Assembly (NCBI GenBank): GCA_048213135.1
Contig: PS015213.1
Coordinates: forward strand, 1-64,000
Reading direction: 5' to 3'
Origin: Reclinomonas americana ATCC 50394
Taxonomy: Eukaryota
Length of the DNA stretch: 64,000 nucleotides
The number at the start of each line of letters is the position of its first letter. The first letter of the stretch is position 1. This document shows, piece after piece, positions 1 through 12,900 of the stretch. The notes below the pieces were generated by a model. The model was not told where the DNA came from. It made no database searches and was given only the letters and a program-made list of their open reading frames with translations. Position numbers and translations under genes: made by a program.

Positions 1-216
1 CACAAACAGCAATTTCTCGACGATACACAGTGGTGGCGCAGCCAGTGCCACGCGCACATGCACAAACCCAACCCACACATACAAGAGAGAGAGAAAGGGG
101 GGGAGCTATAGCAAAACGAAAGCACACTGGTGCAGAGGGAACGGAAACAAAAAGGAGATCACAGCGAGAGAGAGACAAGACAAGTGCCGGAATCCTCTCC
201 TCTTCTTTTCCTCTCC

Positions 217-1690
217 TCAGCAGCAGCCCTTCTTGACCGGGGCGGCCGCGCCGCTGCCACCCGCCGCACCACTGCCCCCGTCGACCGGTGTGTCGAGATT
301 GAGACCGGGACGCATCTCGGCGCCCTCCGACACGTCCTCCTGCTCTCCCGACACTTGAAGTGTCTCCATAATTACAGTAACCAAACTCTGAATGGCCTTG
401 CCGACGTTGAGATTCTGCTTGGCCGACGTCGGGAACCAGCCCACAAAGCCGTGCTCCTCNNNNNNNNNNNNNNNNNNNNNNNNNNNNNNNNNNNNNNNNN
501 NNNNNNNNNNNNNNNNNNNNNNNNNNNNNNNNNNNNNNNNNNNNNNNNNNNNNNNNNNNNNNNNNNNNNNNNNNNNNNNNNNNNNNNNNNNNNNNNNNNN
601 NNNNNNNNNNNNNNNNNNNNNNNNNNNNNNNNNNNNNNNNNNNNNNNNNNNNNNGCAGTAGCGATCCAGCTCCTCTTTTGACTTGCCGACCGCATCATCG
701 AGATCGCACTGCGCCGCCGCCGCAACGCCAAAATTCAACAAAATACAATCGCCATCGCCATCATCATCGACAATCCGCTCACCTTGTTGGCCAGCAACAG
801 ACACGGAATCGGAGCATTGCTGCGATCCGTCAGCCGCACCTTGTCGTCAATGTCCTTTTTCCACTTTTGCACCGCCTCGAAAGTCATCGGCCGTGTCACA
901 TCATAGACGACAATCGCCGCCACTGCATCGCGGTAAAAGACGCGCGTCATGTTGCCGAATCGTTCTTGCCCTGTTCCGCGAAACAAGTGAGTGAACAAAG
1001 TGAAAAGTAACCGCTGCGATACCACTGCGCCACGCACCCGCAATATCCCACAGCTGCAATCGCACCACCGTGCCACCTGGCATCTGCAACATCTTGATCG
1101 CAAAGTCGACACCAATCTGCCCACCCAAAACGCGCCTTGAGCACACACACAGACACGCACAGAGAGACAGAGACAGAAACGCAACAGTCGCTCGGTAGTT
1201 GGACGTGAACACATCGTGCACGTAGCGCTTGATCTACAAATAACAACAATAGCAATCAGAACACGGCACACGTCGCGTTGACCCCCTTCCCACTGACACA
1301 CACTCTCCTTCACACACACACACACACACGCACCAGGCTCGTCTTGCCGCACGCCAAGTCGCCGACGATAATGACCTTGAAGACAAACTCCCGTGAGCGA
1401 CTGCCGCCTCCACCTCCACCGCCACCTCCTGCACTTCCACCACTCGACTGATTCCCGCCTGCAGCAGTGGCACCACCGCCATTGCCACCAGCGCCACCAG
1501 CTTGTGACAAGCCCGCACCACCGTCGCGTTCCTGTGATTGGAAACACACACACACACATAAGAGATAAAAGAGGCAAATGAGAGAAGTGTGTGTGGTGCG
1601 CGCGTGTGTGTGAGAGAGAGAGTGCGTGTGTGTGTGCGAGCGAGAGAGAGAGCAGTAGATTATCCGACAACGCGCGCGCGTCGAACTCAT
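217..1690 (-). CDS. Rab GTPase, Rab32/38/Rab7L1 group (multi-exon)
   Basis: Spliced exons read FKVIIVGDLACGKTSL/IKRYVHDVFTSNYRAT/IGVDFAIK..RLQLWDIAG/QERFGNMTRVFYR..CLLLANK/CDL..FPTSAK and end in the prenylation motif GCC-stop. WDIAGQE is typical of Rab32/38. The first exon (MSSTR, GC donor) is tentative, and the N gap lies inside the gene. Confidence 0.9.
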
Positions 1691-2056
1691 GCATTGTTGT
1701 TGTGTTTGTGATGCGCGTGTTAGTGCATGGAAGGAGCGCAGTGTCTCGCATTCTCTCACTTGCACTCCTCCGTATATTCTTACACAGTGGCGACAGTGTG
1801 TGTGCGCGTGCGTGTGTGTGCGCGTGGGGGTACTCTTGGCCATGACATCTCACAACCAAAAGACGCACACGCACGATGGCACACAGGCTCACGCAGTGAA
1901 CACTCCTCCCCCCACACACCCCGCGCTCTCTCTCTCTCTTTCACAGTGGGCGCACTCACCCGTGATGCCATTCGCGAAGAGAAACACCGGCGATTGGTCC
2001 ATCCAAACTCCAATCACACACTTCTGTTCACTTTGCGTTGTGCGAGAGAGATCACC

Positions 2057-3127
2057 ATGGGTCTCTTGGGCATCACTGCAGATATGGTTCTGGAGGACAT
2101 GTTCCCCGACCTGACTCTCTGGCTGCGCTCACGACGCGCGCAGAACTGGCTGGAGGCCTTTATGTTTGCACCGCGGTGTCAGTCATATGGGCGCGCCAAC
2201 AGCGTGGGAGCTGTCGACTGGCCGGCACTGTGGACTGCGTGCTTGACGGGGGCGCTCATTGGAGTGGTGGGCGCGCTGATGCTGGTGTGGCCACGCGTGA
2301 TGCGCTTCTGCTGTCGCCTGTATCGACGCGGGGAGGAGGACAAGTGGGGTGCGGCGGTGGTGCAGCGAGTGCGTGCGTGGCTGGCCATGGCGCTGCTCTT
2401 CTTTGGGGCCATGAATGTGACGGCTGCGGTGGCGCACTGCATTTTGCGACGATTGGCCATGGAGGCGGAGTTGGGCGACGAGGCGCCGCGACGCCTCTAC
2501 TCGTACTTTCTGTCGGCCGACACTGCGCTCACTAGTGCGTCGTCGTTCTGCTTGGCGGCCGCCGCGTATACGGTGTCGCGTGCGTTGGAGTTGTCGCGTC
2601 CTGCAGGCGCCACCGCGTCTGGTTTGTCGCGTCTTGTCGGCTGGATCACCTCGCCGCCTGTGCTCGGTACGCTGTACTTGGTTGCGGCCATGACCGTGCA
2701 TCGTGTTGGCACGGCATGGCGTGTGGCGTTTGTCTCGGAGGCGCTGTACATTGGCATGACGGTGCTGGCGGCCATGGCGTTGGTGTGGTGGTGCCTGCTG
2801 TCACCGTCGACCCCGCTCAACGCACCGCAGGTGGGCGGTCTGTTGATGGCTACGGTCGGCGCCATTGCCTTTGCCGTCAGTCCCTTCGTCCATGCGGAAC
2901 TGTGCTACCGCTTTGAGGTTCTGTACGGAAACATGTTTGTTCTCGGTGCGTCGTTGTTGTCCGTCGGAAGAAAAGATGAGTAGAGCGAGCGATCTGATGG
3001 TTGTTTGGTTGCCTGCGCAGCATTCTACGGGTGCGACTTTGCGTTCTTGGGCATACTGCTGTACGCGCTCGGCTACACCGTCAACGACACCATGCGGCCT
3101 CTCGACGACGGCAAGAAAGTCGACTGA
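2057..3127 (+). CDS. Uncharacterised multi-pass membrane protein with C-terminal KKxx ER-retrieval motif (2 exons)
   Basis: Long hydrophobic exon, a GT-AG intron at about 2946-3020, and a last exon AFYGCDFAFLGILLYALGY...GKKVD-stop. Confidence 0.7.
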
Positions 3128-3141
3128 GTGAACACAGATTT

Positions 3142-5755
3142 TTACACAGGCATATGCTGTATGCTGCCACTCGTGACATCCACATCGTCGTCGTCGATCA
3201 AGGCCGCCAACCCGTGTCCGCGCTTGACCGACAGCGGATCGGTAAGTCCGGCGCGAGTGTACGCACTGCTCTTCCACGGCGCACCACCGGCTCTGCGGAG
3301 TAATGTCAGTCACTGGACGAGGAGGGGAAGGAGTGAGGAGGAGCGAATTACCGACATCCTCCCTCCCACACGTGCACAAATTTATCCTGCGCAGGAGAGG
3401 TCGTGGTGAGATGCGCGTGGGGGAACACAAGTTGCAAAGCACAGCGCACCATGCCAGCAAAGTGCTGTGTGGACAACAGCAAATGCAAATCAGCACACTG
3501 GAGCAAGTCAAACACAAGGTGTGGAACACGTACCATGTCAAAGTACCGCCGGTACAAGAACTCCTCCTTGCTCTGCGGTGGGTTGAGTGGGAACAGTTCG
3601 GCGGCACGCGCTAACTCTGCATCGTCGACAGCCGTGGCGCAGAACTGCTGTAGCTGTGTCACCCAGTGCACGCCGACACCTTCGCACTGCATCGCCTTGG
3701 TCCTCCACAACACAGTCTCTGGCACGTCACCGCGGAACAGGTCGCGCAGGAACCACTTTTCACACCGATCGACCGTGTGCAGTTTCAATGCAGGGTCCAC
3801 CGAGAACGACACTTGCAGCATGGTCGTATCGAGGAAGGGCACGCGTGCTTCAATGCCGTGCGCCATGCTGTCGCCACAGCAGTGAGACCGTCTGCAAAGG
3901 GGTGCCGGTGACTATTCGGTAAACGTACCTCATGCGATCAGCGCGCTGCAGGTTGACGTTCTTCAGGTGATGAAAGATGCGGCGACACTCGCGTTGCAGT
4001 GACTCTGGTGCGTGCACACGAGTCGATAAGTACCGCGATGAATCACTACCTGACGAGGGGAAAGCAGTCGCACCAGCGTCGGGTGCATCGCGGAAGTACT
4101 GGTAGCCGGCAAACAGTTCATCGGCGCCCTCGCCCGTCAGCACCACCTTGACATGCGCTGCGCAGCAACAATGTCACTCGACAAACGATAGAAGATTGAA
4201 AGGCAAAGACGAAACGTGCAGTCAGTTCCGCCAAAAAGTAACTGCGTCGGCACACGTGCAGTGTCAGCAACACACTGTGGAGAAAACAAAGGATGCAGTC
4301 TGCAGCGACACAACTTGGGAATGGCGCTACGAATCAGTTCCGGCTCATATGTTTCCAGGTGGAACACCGACCGCTCCACGATGCCAAACGCCTGCAATGG
4401 CCCGCCATCTCCAGTTAGAACCGACAACGGATGATGGTGGATGTGTCTTGCTGCATCACCTCTTCTGGCGTGAAAATCCGCTCGTAATGATCCGTGCGCA
4501 AGTGGCGGGCGACCTCGCGCGCTGCCAGAATGTCGGGTGAGTTGGCCATACCCACAGCAAACGACTTGATGCGCTGGTCCGGTCCGACGAGCTTGCGCAT
4601 CAACGCGCCCACGATCGACGAGTCGACACCGCCCGACAGGAACAAGCCGACCTCCACGTCGGCCATGAGTCGCTTCGCCACCGCTGTGAATGACAACACC
4701 ACGTCACTACAATCGCCCCAGCCATCGTGACAAGCAACGATCTCGTGCTTACTTACCCTTCTCCAGCGCTGTCTTCACGGCCTCGCCAGTGGACCAGGCG
4801 GGCGGCAGATAATCGTCGACGTCCCACACCGGCGAAAAGTAGCGCACCAAGCCACCTTCCCGCGTGTAGTAGTAGCCCGCCGGGAACTCCTCAATCACGT
4901 CGCCAGTGTCGTTGCAGAGCTGACAGAGCGACTTGAGCTCCGACGCAAAGGCAATGGAACCGTCGGCTCGCGTGCCCATGTACAGCGGCTTGATGCCACA
5001 CGGATCTGCATACACCTGTGAAAACATCGACAACAAACATGCAGCAGGTCGCCTAAAGTACCGACCTCTGGCGGCCAGCACTCGCTCATCGTCGCCCTCT
5101 ACTAACACGAAGGCAAACATGCCATCGAGCATGGACACACAGTTGACGCCGAATTCCTTGTAGGCGTCTGACCCACACGCAGATCAGTACCACGACTGCG
5201 TCACTGGTACAACACAGAAGTGACGCAACGAATGATGATCTCACTGTCAGACTGCGTGCTGCAGAAAGAAGAGGGCTCCGTGTGTGAGAAGTGACGCGTT
5301 TTTCGCGAGTGCGAGACAACTCGTCGAACGAAACACCAGGTCCGGGGGCGTGCTCAGCCTGTCTCGCAGCGCCACGTGATTGTAGATCTCCCCGTTATGC
5401 ACAACACAGTGTCGGCGCTCGCGATCAAACAGTGGCTGCCGACCCGAGGCCACGTCGACAATCGACAGACGCTGTCGACAGCAACAGTTATTCCGCGCAG
5501 TCAGCAATCACACACACGCAGTGTATGCCTCCCAGACCTCGTGTGCCAACACAAATCGCTCGGTGGCATAGGCGTCGCGTTCATCCGGCCCACGATGCGT
5601 CTGGAGAGCAGAGTGACGTTGTGCGAGAGCGCGCAATTCGTCGGCGCTCATGATGCCGGGTCGCAACCCGAGCAAGGCGAAGATGCCACACCTGAGCACA
5701 CAAATGTGAGACGAGTGGGGTGACACGAGGCGAGGGCGTGATGATGACGGAACAT
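3142..5755 (-). CDS. asnB: Glutamine-hydrolysing asparagine synthetase (multi-exon)
   Basis: MCGIFAL..HRGPD..LAHE/RLSIVD..HNGEIYNH, LDGMFAF, DPCGIKPLY, FASELKSL, LSGGVDSS, VLTGEGADELFAGY, RADRMSMAHGIEARVPFLD. Confidence 0.95.
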
Positions 5756-5843
5756 GTCGGTGCAAACAAAAGATGACAAAGAGGACGAAGGACAAGTGGT
5801 GCGTGCAAAACATGGACATAAGTTTACTCCGCCCCGCGCCGTT

Positions 5844-8800
5844 CTACCGCTCATCACTTATCATGGTCTCGGCCTCGTCTTCCTCCATCTCCACCACCGC
5901 CTGCTTGATTCGTTCTCTGTCTTCCTCCACTTCTTCTTCTCTTTCCTCCTCCTCCTCCTCCTCGCCACCGGACTGCTGATCGATTTCCATCGCCGCCTCG
6001 TCCTCATCTTCCTCCTCCTCAGCTTCCTCAGCCTCCTCTTCTTCCTCCTCCCCCTCCTTGTCCTCCTCCTCTTCTTCGTCTTGCAGCACTGGTTTTGCAG
6101 CAGCAACAGGACGGCGGAAAGCGAAACCATCGAGCTTGGACGCTCCATCGCCACCACCACCACCACCGCTACCGCCCGCAGCCACCGCCCTGGACCGCCC
6201 TGCGGATGATGGTGCAGCGGGCGGGCGTCGCTGTTGAGCTGCGCTCGGCCGTCTCTCTTCCTCGTCTTCGTCCTCATCTTCATCCTCCTCGTCGGCATCA
6301 CGTAGCGCTTCCAGATCGCGCGCCGTATTCTGCATCGACGAGGAGAATGGCGACGACTGCGGCGTCATCATCTGACTGCTGAGCGAAGATGGCGGAGGCG
6401 AGTCCGCCCGCTCGGCTGGCCGGAAACCGAGTGTGGCCTGTCGCTTGGCTGCTGCAGGTGCCTCTGCCGCTCGGTTGGCCCTCGACCGTGACCTCTTTTC
6501 CTTGTCTGTTGTTGCACCACACGACGTGAGAAACTCGCGCGAAAGTTCGTCAGCCCCTGCTCGAACCAGACGTACCACCCGCACCAGCATCCCACCGCAC
6601 GTCGCCTGGTACACCACCGGGAGTCACTGTACACCAACATCAGTGAGAGCCATGACAAACAAGAGGAAGTGATGTGAGCAACAGAACGCAACATGGCAAC
6701 ACCTCCTCCTCGGCGTACAGTAGCGATGACGCGGCAGCCTCGTCGTCGGGCGACACCGCCATCTGGAAGTCGAACTGGTTGTCAAAGGGCCGGAAGATGC
6801 CGAATCTCTGGTCCACGGCAAACGAGCCGACCGACACGGCGAGGCACTCGGCATACACCTGCGGCTGCGAATGTGTTTGGTCGCCGACCAGCAGCTGTGC
6901 ACGAGGTGCGTGTTGTGAGCGACAGTAAATGGCGCGAAACGGAACGGATGGGACGGTGGGAGACGAAACAACGTGGGGTTGCGGATACAGTCGCATGCTG
7001 TGATCGTACTGCCAGTACACGGGCTGGATGTGGAGCGGAAGTGGACACAAGTGCGCTTGTGAAATAATGGTCTTGTACAACTGTACAAAGAAAGGCCCAG
7101 TCAGGGACACCGCCAGCTCGTGCGGCCGTTCACCACGCAAGACGCAACGTGGTCACTCAAATCCAACGACTGGGGCATGCCGACTTCGGTGGACGGCGGA
7201 AGGGCCACATGCCGACGCAGTTTCCTCTGCAAATCATCGCGGAAGACCACCACCTCGCACGTGAACAGGCGCAATCGACACGGGTTGGAGACGAATTCGC
7301 ATTGCGGAACAGCGTCAACCAACTTGCGTGTGAATGTCTGTCTCCTCTTTCGTCAGCAACCATGCATCGTAGGCAAAGGGAAAGAAAGAGCGACGCACCC
7401 GTCCAATTGGAGGTCTCGGCAGCGCCGCTGAGGGCGCCGGATCATTGGGGCCAGGCACAAAGAGGAAGCGTGTGTTGGCCACCACATGCGGGTGCGCCAG
7501 CAGCACGTCGCGCAGTTTGCAGAAATTCGCTTCATACACCGCCCTACACCGCGTGGTGAGTGCGCCTGACAAACGCACATGAACTTCGTCACCACACACC
7601 GATCATCAAAGTGCGATCCGAATCGCCACGACAGGAAACTGCCCATGAACAGAAAGGCCAGTGGCATATCCTCGGCTGCGTCCTCGTCGTACGCCGACAG
7701 AATGAAATTGATCTTGTCCAGCACCTGCCGCGCATGAAAACAAAGGCGGAAGGATGAGCAGAAGTGCAGTTGAATGTGTAGTATGCGCGCGTGCGACTTG
7801 CCGTGGGATTGTCGAGAAACACGTCGCTCAACACCACCATGTGTGCATCCGGTTGCCGCTCCTGCTCTCGTCGCATGATACGCATGTCGCTGTCTACACA
7901 ACGCGATCCGAAAAAGTTGACAGAGGCATGCGCTGCTAGTGACTTGACACGCGTCTCGGTCGTCGGCAACGTCAGGCTGTTCACTTCAAAGACGCCATTC
8001 TCGAATTGACCCTGTGTTCCCCGCAACGAATGAGTGGGATGCCATGTGAAGGCTTGTCGACACGCAAAAGCAGCAGCACCTGCGCAATGACCACCGAGCT
8101 TTCGGTAAACAGTCCGCTGGCCAGCGATCGGTGAGCACACGAGTCAAGGCACACACACACACACATGCATTGCAGCAAACACAGACAGAGACAAAATGGC
8201 AATGCAAAAGGATATCAGCTTGTCAAAGTTGAGTCGCACTTGAGCGTTTTGGTCCTCCAAGTACCACATGCCGTCGGAGCCCATGAACAACGCACCGGCC
8301 ACATGACACTCGCCCTCGGCACCCAACAGACTCTCCACATTCATCAACTGGACGAAGACTCTCAGCACACAAACATCACGAGAGAGAGAGAGAGTATGTG
8401 CGTGGGTGGGGAGACAACAGCAACGCGACGCAACTTCGGTCGTGCGCGCCTTGCTGTTGGGCGTCACAATCGGCATTGCGGCAAACATAGGATGCCGCAA
8501 CTGCCGCTGATACACCACCATGTAGCGCTCTCGGAGACACCTCGACTTGTCGTCGGCATTGCCAAACAACGATAGAGGTCCCTCCACACTGTGGCGAGTC
8601 AGCACCGTGCACGAAAGAAAGAGAGAGAGTCGCGGCAGCCGCACGCAACGCCAAGAATGACCGCCGCGACACATTGTATTCGTACTTGGGCACGTCAAAC
8701 GCAGAGATCACTTCCACGGGAGTGGCTGCCGCACTCAACCCCTGTTGCATTCGCCACTTGTCAGCATGATGCACACGCATGCACACAAACACGAACAGAG

Positions 8801-9864
8801 ACACACCAGCGACTTGCGATACAGGGCTTCGGAGCGTAACCGCTCATTGTACGCCGCTCGCAACTCCGTGGCCGCGGCGTGCACTTGCGACGACAATGCC
8901 GACGACAGACTCATCCTGTCCTCGTCCATGGCCACCGCCGCTGCTTTGCCTCCAGCCGTGACAGCACTCTACGCAGTGGTCGCCAGTGAGCGACGACAAC
9001 ACCAACACCGACGCCACCCAACACCGACCTGTGATCCCAACGCCTGTGTCCACGGAGGCGGCGTGGCGGCACCCAAACTCAATAGCCCATCATTGTACTC
9101 TGGCAGCACCACGGCTGCGTGCATGCATTCAGAGTTAGATCCGTCGCACCACCACCACTGCGCGCTCATCCGAGAGCCACGCAACGTGACATTGGCTCGA
9201 GCATCGACGCAGCATCGTCCTCCACCATTGCCGCACTACCACCACCACTCGTGCGTGCTCCAGGTGCCGGTGCTGCTGGTCGGCGAGGACGCGGAGCTGG
9301 CGCCTGAAACCCATCCACGGTTCGAGCCCGCGGCATTCGCATCATTCGAAACCGACCGTGCGGCTGCTGCTGCAACTTGGTCACCGCAGTGTCCATTGCA
9401 CGCAACACAGTCGCCTCATCCAGTACTTGTGCAGCTGCTCACACACGCGAGAGGAATGAGCAGCAGACGATGAGTGAGAGAGTGAATGCAACGAGTACCT
9501 CGCGAGCTGGTCAGTGCACCGCACAGCTCCGCCAGCACCTTGCGCTCGTCAGCCGAGTCGACTTGCTCCAGGAACTCTCGCGCCTTTCACGGGGAAGGTG
9601 TCAGTACGCCATGGCAAACCCCCCTCCCACTTCGCCGCAACCACCGGCACGAGCACACACACTTCCCATCTCTCTCACGCAACAGTGGAGGGAGAGGGAG
9701 AGGGAGGAGAGGGACGGAGGGGCAGAGAGAGGGGGAGACACGCACACACGCACACAGAGGGAGGGCGAGAGACTCACCAGCTGAAACGACTGATCGCAGA
9801 ATGAGAAGCCGAGCCTGCTGAACTTTTTGATGGTCGCGCGGTCTGCCGCGGTGACAGTCGCCAT
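5844..9864 (-). CDS. POLE2: DNA polymerase epsilon subunit B with long acidic C-terminal extension (multi-exon)
   Basis: VISAFDVPKYEY, ERYMVVYQR, YLED..SGLFTE, VVLSDVFLD, FLFMGSF, FLFVPGPNDP, LPRPP, SNPCR, SQAHLCPLP..PVYWQYDHSMRLYPQP. Confidence 0.93.
7725..7801 (-). other. GC-AG intron in POLE2
   Basis: acg|GCAAGT...GGCAG|gtg joins FLDNPT to VLDKI in frame. Confidence 0.75.
8131..8215 (-). other. U12-type (minor spliceosome) AT-AC intron in POLE2
   Basis: 5' end ATATCCTTTT, branch-like GCCTTGAC about 10 nt before the terminal AC. Removal gives in-frame LNFDKL|RSLASGLFTES. Confidence 0.9.
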
Positions 9865-9977
9865 GGCCGCAGCACTTTACACGCTGAGAAGAGTGATTGG
9901 CCTTTGATTTGCGCGCGGGAGATTGATGACGTGGCACCACCGTTTTCAAGCTTTATTCGAGAGATCGTCAACGCAAA

Positions 9978-12900
9978 ATGGGCGGCTGCTGTAGCTCACG
10001 CACGGTGCAGCCGACCGACTCGAGCATGTTGCATCCCAACACGCTGAATGCGCTGCAACAAGGCAGCGGCGACTCACCATCCGAGGACAACCCAGGTGGG
10101 AGTAGTCTCGCTTCTCCTCCTTCTCCTCTTTCCTTGTGTTGGCGTGCGGTGACTGACAGCGCGCGCGCACGCGTGCACACACACGCACAGTGTCGGTGAG
10201 CACGCAGGAGCGACGACGACCGCGACTGGATCTGCTGAGCGTGTTCGGCATCGGACCCAACGGGCGCTTGTCGACCTCCCCGCTGAGCTGCGACAGTGAC
10301 AAGCTGAACGCCTCGTTCGGCGCACTGCACGCGTCGCTGATGGTGGAGGATAGCTGCGACGGTGCCGACGATTGCGGCGGCAAGTTGGTGACAGCCGTCA
10401 CGCCGACGCGTGTCGGAAGTCGACTGTCACCGACCACCAGCCGCGAGCATCTCCTGCCCATGTGCTGCCGCAGCTGGAACAGCCGGGAGGAGGAGGAGTG
10501 CTGGCGGAGGGAACGTGACCGTCGGCGATCGTTGCTGACGGAGGGTGGCCTCGATCCGAGTTGCGATTCAGTCACACTTCATGACACGCTACGAGGCCAC
10601 GTGCTAACCTGTGGCTGCGTCGACAGGCATTCTCGATCTGATCGAGTGGCCCATGGAGGCCCATGCGGTGTACTTGACCAGCGAGCGTGCTCTGGCACTC
10701 ATGCAACAGTCGTATGCGCGCTACTCTGCCGAGGTATGTTGTTGTGCAGCCGTGTGTCAAGCAGAGAGGAAGAATGTGCTCCGTGTTGATCGATGCTCGT
10801 ACAGCGTGGCCTGCGTCCGAGCTCATGCCTAATGGAGCTTGCTGTCACTCTGCAGCAAGGTCAGGAGTGCTCCGTCGTTCTACATGCCGTCAGTTTTCAC
10901 TAACGATCTTGGCCGCAGATATGCGCAAGGTGTTTTCGAGCATTCGCCTCTGTTGCGTTGCACTGCCGTGGAGTCTTCGTGGCGCATACACGCAACTCAC
11001 CTCTCTCGCGATGTGCAGATCCACCAGCGCCAGCCGTGGTTGAGAAGACAGTGGAGAGTTTCGTGGAGCGGTGCTCGGATCCGAACGAGCCCCTCGGTTG
11101 TTGCTTCTCACACACCCTCGTTGCGTATAACAGCGACCGTCTCCGACGCCACCGCCTTTGTGTCGCAAGACATGTACACTGAGTTGGCACAGTGTGTCAT
11201 GTTCTTCACGGCCGTGACAGGTACGTTCACGGCTGCGATATTGCATGCAGCACATATGCATGGGGCTCACTTGCTCGTCGAGTAGGAATCGTGCACAATC
11301 CGAGTAAGGAGGCGGTCATGCCGGCGGCGGAGCAAAAGTGCGTCACGTAGCCGGCGCACACTTGTGGGACTCCGCATCGTCCGACTTACATGCCAATGCA
11401 GAGTCCGCATGCTCCTGGCGCTTCTGACCCTCGCCGAATCGGAGACGCTGACCGAGGCATTGCGTCTGCTGAGCATTGTCACTGCTGACTGTTGCGCACT
11501 ATCGTCACTCTGCTGTCGTCGCCACAATACTCATCGACGCGTGCAGCTTCGATGAGGAGTCTCTTCCTGTCGGCCAATGGTCTGCAGGCGATTCTTCCGC
11601 TTCTCCAACGACTGCCGATGGACCGAGAAACGATTGCGCACGCCGCGCAGTGCATTCGTGTGACGGCCAGCGACGGTAGGCACTCGTCTCACGTTGTACG
11701 TACGTATCCATGAGCTCATTCGAGTCCTTCCCTGCGTCACAGACGATGGCAAGGTCGCTGTGGCCGAGCAAGCAGTGGCCAAGGCCCTTGCCGGCGCACT
11801 GCAGCTGCACGCAAAGGAGGGCTACGCTGTGTCGACACTGGCAGGAGCGATTGCGACAGTCACCGAGTGGGGTGCGCTGGGCATGTTGTCTCTCTTTGTT
11901 GCAGAGCTGCATCTCACTCTCGCTTGTCGGGCGCAGAGGAAAACCGTCGCCAATTCGCCGCCAGCAATGGGTTGCGCGGACTCGTGGAAACCATCCGCAT
12001 TCACATGGGCGACACGCGTGTACTGCGCGAACTCTGCATGGCTACAACCACCGCGATTGCAAACGGTGTGTGACGCATGCATGTGATGTTGATGGTTGCA
12101 ACTCACTTCTTTCGAAATGGGCAGACGAGAACGAGAGGCTGTTTGGGATCTGCGGCGGAATTCAGGTTCAATTATGTGTGCAGGAGAAACACAGCTACGC
12201 CTCGCGAATTTAACACCGTCGGCTGCAGGTCCTTGTCGACGTTTTCCGCAATCACCATGCAGACGCAAGCATGGTGGAGGAGGCGTGTTGGGTGCTCAAG
12301 AATGCCACCGCCAATTGTACGTGTAGTGGTGATCGCGCTTTCTGCTACTTTGCTGCAGATAGTGGCTCACGAGAGAGAGGCACAGCGGCGGAGAACCAGC
12401 TGCAGGTGGCACAGTTTGGTGGCATTCCGCTGCTGGTTGGTGTGCTACAGGAGCACATTGCCTGCGAGCATGTGATGGAGCAGGCCTGCTGGGTTGCGTA
12501 CATAGTGATGTGTGCCTTCTGTTCTTGCACACGCTCCTGTGCTTACTCTTTGTGCAATCTAGGCTATTCGTAATGTGACGGCAAGCGGTGAGTGTGTTCA
12601 AAGAGTTGTTCTGCGTGTCCGTTAACTGCATCTATTCACGCATGCCACAGAGGCCTGCCGCAAAGCGTTTGGACACTCCAATGGCGTCTCGTATCTGTTG
12701 CAAGTGCTCGACCGCTACGTGGGCTCCGATGCCGTCGTCGAGCAGTGTTGCTGGGCCATCACCAATGTCACGACGAGTGGTGAGCAGCTTTGTGTTTCAC
12801 TTTTCAACAGAGTAAGTTCAACCGATTCACTTGGGTTGTGTGTGTGCAGAGGAGAATCAACACGCCTTCGGCCAGTACGATGGCGTGCGACTGCTGGTGC

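Noticed and set aside
460-653. N gap inside the Rab gene as missing coding sequence
   Set aside because: The flanks read ELDRYC|EEHGF, which is already contiguous Rab sequence, so the gap is either an intron or spurious.
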